64,000 bases of DNA from Patescibacteria group bacterium (GCA_049322215.1 JBMORU010000001.1:644023-708022), one strand, 5' to 3'; counted from the first letter of the stretch, positions 19,407 through 29,779 are shown. Made by a program: numbers and translations. The notes: generated by a model not told the origin, from the sequence alone.

Positions 19407-22277
19407 ATGAGTACACAAACTGATCCCGCGACTTCTAAAGTTGATGTTTCGGAAATTTTATCTAATCCAAGCGTTAAACAAGTTAAAAAAAGAGATGGTC
19501 GAGTAGTAAAGTTTGATAGAAACAAAATTGAGATTGCTATTAAACGCGCGTTTGAATCCTCTAGTTTTCCTTTTACTGATTCTCTAGTAGTAAGCATTAC
19601 TGATAATGTAGTTATTTCCTTAAGCGAATCCTTCGGAGATTCTGTCCCTAATATTGAAGCTATTCAAGATTTGGTAGAAAAGTACATAGCTGATGCTGGG
19701 TTTTTTGAAGTTTCACGTTCGTACATTTTGTATCGACAGCGTCACGCTGAGTTAAGGGAACAACAAAAAAAAGAACTTGATGAAATTAACATAAGGGTAA
19801 GAACACGTTCGGGAGAATTAATTCCTTTAGATTTTAAAGAAATTGAATCTACCCTAAGAAGTAATTTTGCAGATATAGAGAATAAAGAAGATCTATATGA
19901 AATCATGGAAGATATACGTAGAAGTGTATTTGATGGAATTTCAACAGAAGAAATCACCCAATCTATTATTTTAGCAGCTAGAGCAAGGATCGAAAGAGAT
20001 CCAGTTTACTCCAAAATTTGCGCGCGTCTTGTTTTAAACGACATCTATAAACAAGTTCTTGGATTAACAGCATTTGATGAAAATTTTGGTTCTGCCTATA
20101 TAGAAAACTTTAAGACTAGCATACAAAACGGGGTTGATGCTAAAAGACTAAATCCTGAAATGCTTAAGTATGACTTTAAACTTTTATCTAGTGCAATTGA
20201 TCAGAGTAGGGATTACAACTTTAAGTACCTTGGAATTCAGACCTTAGTAGATAAATATTTTGTTCGGGATGCAAATAGAACTCTTTTAGAACTTCCACAG
20301 TATTTTTGGATGCGAATAGCCATGGGTTTAGCAATAGATGAGAAAAAGAAAGACAAGCAGCGAGAAAAAAAAGCAATAGAGTTTTATCACTTAATGTCTC
20401 AACTGCTTTATGTTCCTTCTACTCCTACCTTGTTACATTCTGGTCATATTCATGCTCAAATGAGTTCTTGCTATTTAATGACTGTAGAAGACGAGTTACA
20501 GCACATTTTCAAAAGCTATAACGATCAGGCGCATTTATCTAAATGGTCAGGTGGTCTGGGAATTGACTGGACAAATATACGTGCAACTGGTGCCTTAATT
20601 AAAACTATAAACGTACCAAGCCAGGGGCTAATTCCCTTCTTAAAAATTTGTGATACAACTACCGCTTCAATAAATCGTAGTGGTAAAAGAAGAGGCGCAG
20701 CCGTTGTTTATGTAGAACCCTGGCATTTCGATGTTGAGTCATTTTTGGAGTTAAGAAAAAACACGGGCGATGACAGACGCAGAACACACGATACAAACAC
20801 CGCTTTATGGATTCCTGACTTATTTATGAAACGCGTAATTTCTAACGAAAAATGGACTTTATTTTCTCCTGAAGAAACACCGGATTTACACCATATTTAT
20901 GGCAAAGCCTTTGAAGAAAAATATGAATATTATGAAAAGTGCGCAGAAAAAGGGGAGATGCGCCTATTCAAAGAAATGAATGCACGCGATTTATGGAGGA
21001 AAATGGTCACAATGTTGTTTGAAACAGGGCATCCCTGGATGACTTTTAAGGACCCATGTAATATAAGGTCTCCGCAAGATCATGTGGGCGTAGTTCACAG
21101 TTCTAACCTATGCACTGAAATTACTCTTAATACTTCAAGGGACGAAACCGCAGTATGTAACCTGGGTTCTATAAACTTATCTAATCATGTTACAAAAGAC
21201 GGTACTTTAGATAAAAGCTTATTGGCTAATACAGTTAAAACATCTATGAGAATGCTAGACAATGTAATAGATCAAAATTTTTATCCAACAAAAGAAGCTA
21301 AAAACTCTAATTTACGTCATCGTCCCGTTGGGTTGGGAATAATGGGACTGCAAGATACTTTATACAAACTTGGTTTGTACTTCGACAGCGAACAAGCAGT
21401 TAAATTATCTGATGAAATTCAGGAATTTGTTTCGTATCACGCAATATTGGCATCTTCAATGCTAGCCCAGGAGCGTGGATCTTACTCAAGCTATAAAGGA
21501 TCTAAGTGGGATAGAAACTTATTTCCACTTGATACTTTTAGATTAATGGAGAAGGAGCGTGGTGTTAGAACCAATATAGACTTGAATTCCAGCTTGGATT
21601 GGAGTGTAGTAAGGGATCATGTTAAAAAGCACGGAATGCGCAATTCAAATACTATGGCTATAGCTCCCACAGCAACCATTGCAAATATTTCAGGCTGCTA
21701 CCCTTCTATTGAGCCTATATATAGAAATCTATATGTTAAGTCTAATATGGTAGGAGAATTTGCCGTTGTAAATGAATACTTAATCGAAGATTTAAAACAG
21801 CAAGGCTTATGGAATGCACAAATGCTTGATCGTATTAAGCAAAATGATGGGGATATACAAGCAATTACAGAAATACCTATTCATATCAGAGCAAAATACA
21901 AAGGGGTATTTGAAATTGATGTGGCTTGGATAATTAGACACGCCGCTTTTAGAACCAAATGGATTGATCAGAGTCAGTCAATAAATATTTTTATTGCAAC
22001 AACTAAAGGTAGTGTTTTGTCTGACACTTATATTAATGCGTGGAAATCTGGATTAAAAACCACTTACTATTTAAGAACATTAGGTGCTTCTGCTATAGAA
22101 AAAAGCACAGTAGCCTTAGGAGGGACGTCGCAACCTAAAGATGAGTTTAATGTTCCACTTGATATGGTTCCACAGCATTCTATAGGGGTTATGCCTGATT
22201 CTGCGGTAGAGGTGCCAAGCACTTTAGTAACGAACGCATGTCGAATCGATGATCCAACATGTGAGTCTTGCCAGTAA
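19407..22277 (+). CDS. nrdA: Ribonucleotide reductase alpha subunit with two ATP-cones
   Basis: VKKRDG and VRTRSG cones, SSCYL, SNLCTEI, APTAT, KTTYY, C-terminal CESCQ. Confidence 0.97.
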   Translation: MSTQTDPATSKVDVSEILSNPSVKQVKKRDGRVVKFDRNKIEIAIKRAFESSSFPFTDSLVVSITDNVVISLSESFGDSVPNIEAIQDLVEKYIADAGFFEVSRSYILYRQRHAELREQQKKELDEINIRVRTRSGELIPLDFKEIESTLRSNFADIENKEDLYEIMEDIRRSVFDGISTEEITQSIILAARARIERDPVYSKICARLVLNDIYKQVLGLTAFDENFGSAYIENFKTSIQNGVDAKRLNPEMLKYDFKLLSSAIDQSRDYNFKYLGIQTLVDKYFVRDANRTLLELPQYFWMRIAMGLAIDEKKKDKQREKKAIEFYHLMSQLLYVPSTPTLLHSGHIHAQMSSCYLMTVEDELQHIFKSYNDQAHLSKWSGGLGIDWTNIRATGALIKTINVPSQGLIPFLKICDTTTASINRSGKRRGAAVVYVEPWHFDVESFLELRKNTGDDRRRTHDTNTALWIPDLFMKRVISNEKWTLFSPEETPDLHHIYGKAFEEKYEYYEKCAEKGEMRLFKEMNARDLWRKMVTMLFETGHPWMTFKDPCNIRSPQDHVGVVHSSNLCTEITLNTSRDETAVCNLGSINLSNHVTKDGTLDKSLLANTVKTSMRMLDNVIDQNFYPTKEAKNSNLRHRPVGLGIMGLQDTLYKLGLYFDSEQAVKLSDEIQEFVSYHAILASSMLAQERGSYSSYKGSKWDRNLFPLDTFRLMEKERGVRTNIDLNSSLDWSVVRDHVKKHGMRNSNTMAIAPTATIANISGCYPSIEPIYRNLYVKSNMVGEFAVVNEYLIEDLKQQGLWNAQMLDRIKQNDGDIQAITEIPIHIRAKYKGVFEIDVAWIIRHAAFRTKWIDQSQSINIFIATTKGSVLSDTYINAWKSGLKTTYYLRTLGASAIEKSTVALGGTSQPKDEFNVPLDMVPQHSIGVMPDSAVEVPSTLVTNACRIDDPTCESCQ

Positions 22278-22286
22278 ATACTAGGC

Positions 22287-22314
22287 GGGAGTGTTCACGG
22301 GGCACTCCCTTTTT
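22287..22314 (+). terminator. Terminator-like hairpin between nrdA and nrdB
   Basis: GGGAGTGTTC-ACG-GGGCACTCCC-TTTTT. Confidence 0.6.
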
Positions 22315-22338
22315 GTAGAAATTTATAAAAAGGTATAC

Positions 22339-23340
22339 ATGAGTGTAAAAAAAGCAATTCTAAACAACGAAACAACCGATCCAAATAAAATTTTACCTAT
22401 AAGGTATAAGTGGGCTAGAGAGCACTACAAAACAGGTGTAGCAAACAACTGGGTGCCTGAGGAAGTTAATATGCAACAAGATGTAGAACAGTGGAAAACA
22501 CCAGGAGTACTAACTGAAGATGAAAGACGCTTGGTGATGTGGAATATGGGATTTTTTTCTACAGCAGAGAGTCTTACAGCAAATAATATAGTATTAGCTA
22601 TATATAACCATATTACTAATCCTGAGTGTCGCCAATATTTATTACGTCAAGCTTACGAAGAAGCAATTCACACAGACACTTTCATTTATAGCTGTGATAC
22701 TTTAGGTCTAGATCCTGATGATGTTTATACAATGTATGAACGAATTCCAAGCATAAAAGCTAAAGACGATTTCGTTATAAACATGACAAAATCCGTTTTA
22801 GACCCTGGATTTACTACTGTAGGTAAAGATAATATTCAGGCATTTATACATGATTTAGTTGGCTATTACATAATAATGGAAGGGATTTTCTTTTATGCTG
22901 GTTTTGCAATGATGCTCTCTATGATGCGTCAAAACAAAATGGTTGGTGTAGGTGAGCAGTTTCAATTTATTTTGCGAGATGAGTCTATTCACTTGGCTTT
23001 TGGTAGAGATTTAATAAACACTATAGTAGACGAAAACCCAGAAGTTTGGACAAAAGACTTACAAGACATAATTGTAGAAAATATTAAAAAAGCGGTAGAC
23101 CTTGAAATTGCTTATGCAAGGGATTCGCTGCCCAGGGGTATTGTTGGCTTAACTACTGATGTAGTAGAAGGTTACTTAAAATATACGGCAGATAGGCGTT
23201 TAGAAAGTATTAGATTACAAAAAATATACGATGCACGAAACACCATGCCTTGGATGAGTGAAATGATGGATATTCGCAAAGAAAAAAACTTCTTTGAAAC
23301 TCGTGTAACAGAATATCAAGTAGGTACTCTAGAATGGTAG
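22339..23340 (+). CDS. nrdB: Ribonucleotide reductase beta subunit, class Ic (Mn/Fe)-like
   Basis: FFSTAESL, EEAIHTDTF, EGIFFY, RDESIH, NFFETRVTEY. Confidence 0.95.
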   Translation: MSVKKAILNNETTDPNKILPIRYKWAREHYKTGVANNWVPEEVNMQQDVEQWKTPGVLTEDERRLVMWNMGFFSTAESLTANNIVLAIYNHITNPECRQYLLRQAYEEAIHTDTFIYSCDTLGLDPDDVYTMYERIPSIKAKDDFVINMTKSVLDPGFTTVGKDNIQAFIHDLVGYYIIMEGIFFYAGFAMMLSMMRQNKMVGVGEQFQFILRDESIHLAFGRDLINTIVDENPEVWTKDLQDIIVENIKKAVDLEIAYARDSLPRGIVGLTTDVVEGYLKYTADRRLESIRLQKIYDARNTMPWMSEMMDIRKEKNFFETRVTEYQVGTLEW

Positions 23341-23480
23341 GAAATGCTATAAGCAAATCATCAATATTCTTTCTACTACTATTATTTGGCATTTCATTAG
23401 TATTGGTTAGTGTTTTAGTTTATCGTGCAAATCACAGTACTCAAGTATTAGGTACAAGCGTTTATCTTGAAGGTATGTAA
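23334..23480 (+). CDS. Small membrane protein (48 aa), not in ORF track
   Basis: MVGNAISKSSIFFLLLLFGISLVLVSVLVYRANHSTQVLGTSVYLEGM; overlaps nrdB stop; TM plus QVLG. Confidence 0.5.
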   Translation: MVGNAISKSSIFFLLLLFGISLVLVSVLVYRANHSTQVLGTSVYLEGM

Positions 23481-23537
23481 ACGCTGATATAACAATAATA
23501 TCTTGCTTTTAAAATACGCCTTTGTTAGTATCTGATT

Positions 23538-23627
23538 ATGCTAGAAGATATAATTGACGCTTTATTTGCACCTGTATATATAATATTTGATTTAATGGAA
23601 GTCCTTATGAAGGATATTTTAGGTTAA
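23538..23627 (+). CDS. Leaderless 29-aa uORF before ileS (candidate leader peptide)
   Basis: TTGCTT-17-TAGTAT-N6-ATG; MLEDIIDALFAPVYIIFDLMEVLMKDILG. Confidence 0.45.
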   Translation: MLEDIIDALFAPVYIIFDLMEVLMKDILG

Positions 23628-23692
23628 CGTTTTATTAGTTGATGGTGCTTCTTATACTGTAAAAACACGCACTTCCAGCTATAGTTGTAAAC

Positions 23693-26566
23693 ATGTTTAA
23701 TGAATTGGACCAAGGTAAAAAAATACCAGAACTTGAAGAAGCTACGCTAAAGTTTTGGAAAGATAAAAAAATATTTGATAAATCTGTGAATCAGAGGTCA
23801 GCTGAGGATTTATATGTTTTTTATGATGGCCCCCCTTTTATTTCGGGATTACCGCACCCTGGGCATTTGCTTGCGTCTGTAGCTAAAGATTTAATACCAA
23901 GATATTGGACCATGAAAGGTAAAAGGGTTGAGCGTGTATGGGGCTGGGATGCTCACGGTTTAACGGTAGAAAGCAAAGTTCAAAAAGAACTTGGTATAAA
24001 AAACAGACGAGATATAGAATCTTATGGTTTAGAAAAGTTTACTACTGCTTGCTATAAATATACTTCCGAAACTTCTGCTGAGTGGCCATGGTACATAGAT
24101 AAAATAGGACGTTGGGTAGATATGGAAAATGCCTATAAAACAATAGACGCACCATACATGGAAAGCGTAATGTGGGCATTTAAGCAGCTTTATGACAAGG
24201 GTTTAATTTACGAAGGTGTAAGAACTTCTTTATATTGCACTACTTGTGGTACTCCGGTTTCTAATTTTGAAGTAGCAATGGATAATACTTACAAAGATGT
24301 TGAAGATCCTGCAGTTACAGTTAAATTCAAAGTAACAAGTGACGGTGAGTTTAAAAATTCAAACATACTTGCCTGGACCACTACTCCATGGACATTACCA
24401 TCAAATAGAGCTTTGGTTGTTGCTTCTGACGAAACCTACATTCAAGCTAAAATAGAAAATGAAATTTATATTGTGGCTCAAAATTTAGCTAAGAGTGTTT
24501 TTGAAAACCAGGCCTATTCAACTGAAAGTACTTTTTTAGGTAAAGAGCTTATTGGGTTGGCTTATGAGCCTTTATACACCTTTTTTGCATTTACAAATAA
24601 GGAATTTAAAGTTTACTCATATGAAGGTATGGCCAATGTTATAGAAGGTACAGGTATTGTTCATTCAGCACCTGGTTTTGGTGAAGTAGATACAGAAATG
24701 GGTATGGAAAACGACTTAACTGTAATGCTTACTATAGATAACGAAGGTAAATTTATAAAAGGTAATAACGGAATAAACCCCTTTGAGGGAATGTTTTATA
24801 TCAAAGCCAATAAGTACATACGTGAAGATTTAAAAGAAAGGAATTTGCTCTTTAAAGATTCTACTATTGTACACCGCTTTCCATATCACGATAGATGTAA
24901 CACAAACCTTATACAAAGAGCTCAAAATTCCTGGTTTATAAACGTGGCGGATTTAAAAGAGGACTTAATCAAAAATAATCAAGATATAAATTGGGTTCCA
25001 GCTCATTTAAAGCATAACCGATTTGAAAAAGGTATAGAACAAGCTCCTGACTGGTGCATATCACGTAGTAGATTTTGGGCAACCCCAATGCCTGTTTGGG
25101 AAGCTGAAGACGGCAGCAGGCTAGTTGTAGGTTCAATTAAAGAGTTAGAAGAACTATCGGGGCAAAGAGTTAAGGATTTACACAGACCATTCATAGACGA
25201 AATAACAATAGAAAAAGATGGAAAGGTTTATAAAAGATTACCTGAAGTATTAGATTCGTGGTTTGAAGCAGGCTCCATGCCATATGCAAGTATTCACTAC
25301 CCATTTGAAAACAAAGATAAGTTTGAAAGTCATTATCCAGGGGATTACATTGTAGAGTACATAGCACAAACACGCGCCTGGTTTTATGTAATGCATGTGT
25401 TGTCGACTGCTCTTTTTGAATCAAATTCTTTTAAAAATGTGATAGGAACGGGTGTTATGGCAGGTAATGACGGTAGGAAAATGAGTAAAACTTATGGAAA
25501 TTATACTGATCCTAAAGAAATATTAAACACAATAGGCGGAGACGCTTTGCGTTTATTCTTAATGAATTCACCTTTAATGCTTGGTGATAACGCTAACTTT
25601 GATGATCAAGAAATAAAAACTAAATCGAGGCGTGTTCTTAATCCTTTATTAAATTCGGCTAACTTTTTAATAACCTATGCAAATGCTAATAATTGGCTTC
25701 CTTCTACCTTGGTTAAATCAACTAATCTTTTAGATAAATGGGTGGTTGTTCGTTTACATGAAGTTATAAAAGACGTTTCAACATATATAGAAGACTATAA
25801 TATTCCTCCTGCAGTTGAAGCAGCTGAGCAGTTTGTAGACGATTTATCCCGTTGGTATGTTAGAAGATCGCGCGACAGAATTTCTAGTGGAGATGAAGAA
25901 GCACTATCAACTTTATATTATGTTTTAAGGGAATACTCAAAAGCGGTAGCACCAATAGTACCTTTTATAGCTGAAGCGATTTATCAAAATGTAGTGGTTT
26001 CTGTAGACGGAGATGCCGCGGAATCTGTTCATTTAGAATTATATCCTAACTATGACGTTGAACTAATTAATTCTTCAGAGAGTTTACTCAAAGAAATGGA
26101 AATAATAAGAGATATTGCATCCTTAGGTAATGCCTTGCGTGTAGAATCTTCTATTTCGGTTAGACAACCTCTAAATGCTATTCAAGTGGTAACAGACTAC
26201 GATGTAGATAAGCATTTTTTTGACATATTAAAAGACGAATTAAATGTGAAAAATATAGAAGTTGTTGACTCTTTAAGAAAAGAAGATGGTTGGATATCTC
26301 AGGAAAGCAAAGGAATAACTGTATCTTTAGATACCAATATAACTGAGGAGTTACGTATTGAAGGTTTGGCTCGTGCAATGGTTAGGACATTTCAGGAATT
26401 AAGAAAGAAAAACGATTTAGTAGTAAGTGATGTAATAGAGGCCACTTATGAGGATAAAGAAGATAACGAAAAGGTTGTTAAAATGTATGGAGATGAGATC
26501 CGATCAAAAATATTAGCAGAATCATTAAAGCCTGGTAATGAATACTCAGTTTTTAAAAAAGCTTAA
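23693..26566 (+). CDS. ileS: Isoleucine--tRNA ligase (type 2)
   Basis: YDGPPF..GLPHPGH, AWTTTPWTLP, GTGIVH.AP, DWCISRSRFW, KMSK; type-2 C-terminus LDT.IT.EL..EG.AR. Confidence 0.96.
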   Translation: MFNELDQGKKIPELEEATLKFWKDKKIFDKSVNQRSAEDLYVFYDGPPFISGLPHPGHLLASVAKDLIPRYWTMKGKRVERVWGWDAHGLTVESKVQKELGIKNRRDIESYGLEKFTTACYKYTSETSAEWPWYIDKIGRWVDMENAYKTIDAPYMESVMWAFKQLYDKGLIYEGVRTSLYCTTCGTPVSNFEVAMDNTYKDVEDPAVTVKFKVTSDGEFKNSNILAWTTTPWTLPSNRALVVASDETYIQAKIENEIYIVAQNLAKSVFENQAYSTESTFLGKELIGLAYEPLYTFFAFTNKEFKVYSYEGMANVIEGTGIVHSAPGFGEVDTEMGMENDLTVMLTIDNEGKFIKGNNGINPFEGMFYIKANKYIREDLKERNLLFKDSTIVHRFPYHDRCNTNLIQRAQNSWFINVADLKEDLIKNNQDINWVPAHLKHNRFEKGIEQAPDWCISRSRFWATPMPVWEAEDGSRLVVGSIKELEELSGQRVKDLHRPFIDEITIEKDGKVYKRLPEVLDSWFEAGSMPYASIHYPFENKDKFESHYPGDYIVEYIAQTRAWFYVMHVLSTALFESNSFKNVIGTGVMAGNDGRKMSKTYGNYTDPKEILNTIGGDALRLFLMNSPLMLGDNANFDDQEIKTKSRRVLNPLLNSANFLITYANANNWLPSTLVKSTNLLDKWVVVRLHEVIKDVSTYIEDYNIPPAVEAAEQFVDDLSRWYVRRSRDRISSGDEEALSTLYYVLREYSKAVAPIVPFIAEAIYQNVVVSVDGDAAESVHLELYPNYDVELINSSESLLKEMEIIRDIASLGNALRVESSISVRQPLNAIQVVTDYDVDKHFFDILKDELNVKNIEVVDSLRKEDGWISQESKGITVSLDTNITEELRIEGLARAMVRTFQELRKKNDLVVSDVIEATYEDKEDNEKVVKMYGDEIRSKILAESLKPGNEYSVFKKA

Positions 26567-27602
26567 TTTAGCATTATTAATTCTCCCCATTTTAATTTTT
26601 TTATTGGGGGAATTAACCTTAATTTCTACAACTCCCGAGAGAGCCAGGACTCAAGGAACTTATTTTGTAGTAGGCATGCTGGGCTATGCTATTTTATCTT
26701 TTGTTGATTACGAATTACTTCGTCATTATTGGAAACCGCTTTACATTAGTGTATTACTATTGTTGATTTTAACTTTTTTTCTTGGAGAAATACGTTCAGG
26801 TTCTGCTCGTTGGATTGGTGCGGGGGGATTTACTTTTCAACCTTCAGAATTAGCAAAGCTTTCAATCATAGTTTCACTTGCAGCTTTATTATCTACCAAT
26901 AAAAATACTATTCACAAATTTAAGGAGTTACTAAGGCTTACAGGCCTGGTTGTTTTGTTAGTGGCATTTGTGTTTGTACAACCCGACTTAAGTACCTCGG
27001 TAATCATATTGCTAATATTTGTTGGGCTACTATTTTATAGTGGTTTGCATATTTATTACTTTTTGGCGGCTACGCTATGTATTGGTATATTTTCAACACC
27101 TTTGTGGAGTTTGCTACATGATTATCAAAAGGAGAGAATTTTGGTGTTTGTAAATCCCCAGTTAGACATTTTAGGTGCTGGATACAATGTAATTCAGTCA
27201 GTGATAGCTGTTGGTTCGGGGCAGCTGTTAGGTAGGGGATTTGGTAGAGGAACTCAGTCGCATCTTCAATTCTTACCTGCATACTGGACCGATTTTATAT
27301 TTGCTTCTTATGCAGAAGAATGGGGGTTTTTAGGGGTAGTTATGTTAATAATACTTTTTAGTTTGCTTTTGTTAACACTACTTTATGTTGCTTTTAAAGT
27401 TAAAGACACTTTTGGTAGCTTAATTAGCATTGGTGTGTTTGTTATGTTTTTTGGCCAATACCTAGTAAATGTAGGTATGAATATGGGTATAATGCCTGTC
27501 ACAGGGATACCTCTTCCATTGGTCTCATATGGAGGCACCTCGCTAGTAGTTTCATTATTAATGCTAGGAATTGTACAATCAGTATGGATCTACAAGCGTT
27601 AA
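26538..27602 (+). CDS. rodA: SEDS protein RodA
   Basis: FQPSELAK, L.DYQKERI, GYNVIQS.IAVGSG, GTQS.L.FLP, GIPLPLVSYGG. Confidence 0.92.
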   Translation: MNTQFLKKLNLALLILPILIFLLGELTLISTTPERARTQGTYFVVGMLGYAILSFVDYELLRHYWKPLYISVLLLLILTFFLGEIRSGSARWIGAGGFTFQPSELAKLSIIVSLAALLSTNKNTIHKFKELLRLTGLVVLLVAFVFVQPDLSTSVIILLIFVGLLFYSGLHIYYFLAATLCIGIFSTPLWSLLHDYQKERILVFVNPQLDILGAGYNVIQSVIAVGSGQLLGRGFGRGTQSHLQFLPAYWTDFIFASYAEEWGFLGVVMLIILFSLLLLTLLYVAFKVKDTFGSLISIGVFVMFFGQYLVNVGMNMGIMPVTGIPLPLVSYGGTSLVVSLLMLGIVQSVWIYKR

Positions 27603-27654
27603 ATTGTAGTAACTTTTAATAAAAAAATTTTACTTAATATGGTATATTTTACAC

Positions 27655-29043
27655 ATGCCCGAATATATTGTTTCTCTTAACGACAATGCTTTAAAAGTAA
27701 GTTTAAATGATAAAAATGGTGTTGTCACCAGCTCTAGAGATCTTTCAAAAGATCTAGCCTCTGGTTCCCGCATAAAAAATTCTGAGCTTGTTTCAAAAGT
27801 GTTGTTAGAAATGATTTCTGAAATGTCAGGCCCAAAGCTTAAAAGGCTTCCTCTTAACTTTTTGGTTGAACCTCAAGACGTTTACTTACACTTTATTACT
27901 GTTAACAAAAACAATTTTAATGTGGAAGAGGAAATTATTAAAGAAGCACGTGAAAAAATCACAAATGTACCTTTAGAGGATTTGTACTTTTCTTATCAAA
28001 AAATAGCCCCCTTTGTGTATCAGTTTGTAGCAGTGGATAAGCATTTGCTTGAGGACTTGCTAAAAATAGCAAGTTATATGGAATTTAGTATTTCTACAGT
28101 ATCTCCTTGGGTTTTAATGCTTCCTAAATTTTTAAAACTAAATGAACCTTGTATATTTGTTTCCAAAACATCAAACAAGCAAGTGGTTGCTTTATCTGAA
28201 ATGAATGGAATCTATTACTCAGCGGCCTACAGTAGCGAAAAAACTATGGATGATTTGCAAGAGCTAGTTAAGAAACTGTCTGTGTATAAAAGGCATCAGC
28301 CAATTAACAAAATTTACGCTATAAACTATGAGTCATTTAGTCTGGATCCCAACTACGAGGTAATTGACCTGTCTGTACAAGGAAGTGATATGTCTGACCT
28401 TAAGGGATTTGAGATTCATATGGTATATGAATCCCTATTGCAAGAAGATCCCGAACTTTTTAGAACTCAAATAAACTTGCTTAACTTGTTGCCTTTGCCT
28501 GTGATTTCAAGAAAACCCTCTCCAGTTATTTATGCTGGTGGCGCTATAGTTGTAGCTAGTATAGTCGCGGCTGTGCTTTTTGGCGCAACTGGTTTAGTTT
28601 CGTTACCCGGGTTTAACAGAGCTCCTGCTAAAACAGAAATTGCCCAAGTTACCGAAGAAAATTCTGAAACTGCAGTGTTAAGTGAAGCAACAAACGGCGA
28701 AAACAACTCTGAAAATGACGCAAATAACAGCGAAACGTCTGAGGCAACACAAGTGGTATTAGAAAAAGACACCCTTAGTATTTATGTTGAAAATGCAGCC
28801 GGTGTAGCAGGTATTGCGGGGCGTACAAGAGATTATTTAGAAGAATTAGGCTATGTTGTAACCGATATTGGTAATGCTGATGAAGTAGGCCGTGCAAATA
28901 CTTTAATAAAGCTTAAAGACGCTAAACTTGATTATAAAGACTTAATTACAAAAGACATGTCGTCTGAATACGATGTGGTAGTTGAGGGTGGTTTAGAAGA
29001 ATCATCTGAATACGATGTAGTTATTACTGTAGGTCTAAATTAA
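27655..29043 (+). CDS. Membrane protein with C-terminal LytR_C domain
   Basis: IYVENAAGVAGIAG...L..LGY....GNAD...DVVITVG. Confidence 0.75.
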   Translation: MPEYIVSLNDNALKVSLNDKNGVVTSSRDLSKDLASGSRIKNSELVSKVLLEMISEMSGPKLKRLPLNFLVEPQDVYLHFITVNKNNFNVEEEIIKEAREKITNVPLEDLYFSYQKIAPFVYQFVAVDKHLLEDLLKIASYMEFSISTVSPWVLMLPKFLKLNEPCIFVSKTSNKQVVALSEMNGIYYSAAYSSEKTMDDLQELVKKLSVYKRHQPINKIYAINYESFSLDPNYEVIDLSVQGSDMSDLKGFEIHMVYESLLQEDPELFRTQINLLNLLPLPVISRKPSPVIYAGGAIVVASIVAAVLFGATGLVSLPGFNRAPAKTEIAQVTEENSETAVLSEATNGENNSENDANNSETSEATQVVLEKDTLSIYVENAAGVAGIAGRTRDYLEELGYVVTDIGNADEVGRANTLIKLKDAKLDYKDLITKDMSSEYDVVVEGGLEESSEYDVVITVGLN

Positions 29044-29357
29044 TGACAGACGAGTTAGATAATTCTTTTAACTGTGTAAATTGCCATAAAGAAATTACTT
29101 ATACAGCTTGGGGTACAAAACATCGTAATCATTGTCCCTTTTGCCTTTATTCTCTACATGTTGATAACGAGGTATCTGGAGATAGAGCCTCAAACTGTAG
29201 GGGAATAATGAAGCCTACAGGTAAAATGTACAAGTCAGATGGAGAAGAGGTTTTAGTACATACCTGTGAAAAGTGTGGGTTTGTACGAAAAAATAGAATA
29301 GCAGGAGATGACAATCCAGATTTGCTTTTAATTCTTCCCGAAGTAAGTGAAATTTAA
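29043..29357 (+). CDS. RNHCP-domain protein
   Basis: CVNC...RNHCPFCLYSLHVD...GDRA..C.G.M...H.C..C. Confidence 0.9.
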   Translation: MTDELDNSFNCVNCHKEITYTAWGTKHRNHCPFCLYSLHVDNEVSGDRASNCRGIMKPTGKMYKSDGEEVLVHTCEKCGFVRKNRIAGDDNPDLLLILPEVSEI

Positions 29358-29419
29358 GTTTCTATAAGGCTTGAAACAATAGCTTCTTTGTAGTAACATT
29401 CCAATGCTGAAAGGTATCT

Positions 29420-29779
29420 ATGAAATACGCAATAGTAAAAATAGGTGGAAAACAATTAAAAGTAACTGAAGGTTATACCTTCGAAATAGAGCGCCAAAAT
29501 GGGGTTAACCTAGACGTTCTTTATTATACTGATGGTGATGAAATTTTAGTGGGTGATCCTTTTGTAAAAGATGTTGAGGTTAAAGCTTCTATTGAAGGTG
29601 AATCTAGAGGAGATAAGGTTCGTGTAGCTCGCTATAGAGCAAAATCTCGTTACCACAAAGTAAAAGGTCATAAACAGCCTTTAAGTATTGTGAAAGTAAC
29701 TTCTATATCTAAAAAAGCCTCTAAAGTAAAAGAACCAAAAAAAGAAGCTCCTGAAAAAAAGGAGAACAAGTCTAAGTAA
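29420..29779 (+). CDS. rplU: 50S ribosomal protein L21
   Basis: YAIVKIGGKQLKV...KGHKQ. Confidence 0.95.
   Translation: MKYAIVKIGGKQLKVTEGYTFEIERQNGVNLDVLYYTDGDEILVGDPFVKDVEVKASIEGESRGDKVRVARYRAKSRYHKVKGHKQPLSIVKVTSISKKASKVKEPKKEAPEKKENKSK

Noticed and set aside
19407-22277. Intein or intron in the long nrdA
   Set aside because: The extra length is explained by two ATP-cones; no splice motifs seen
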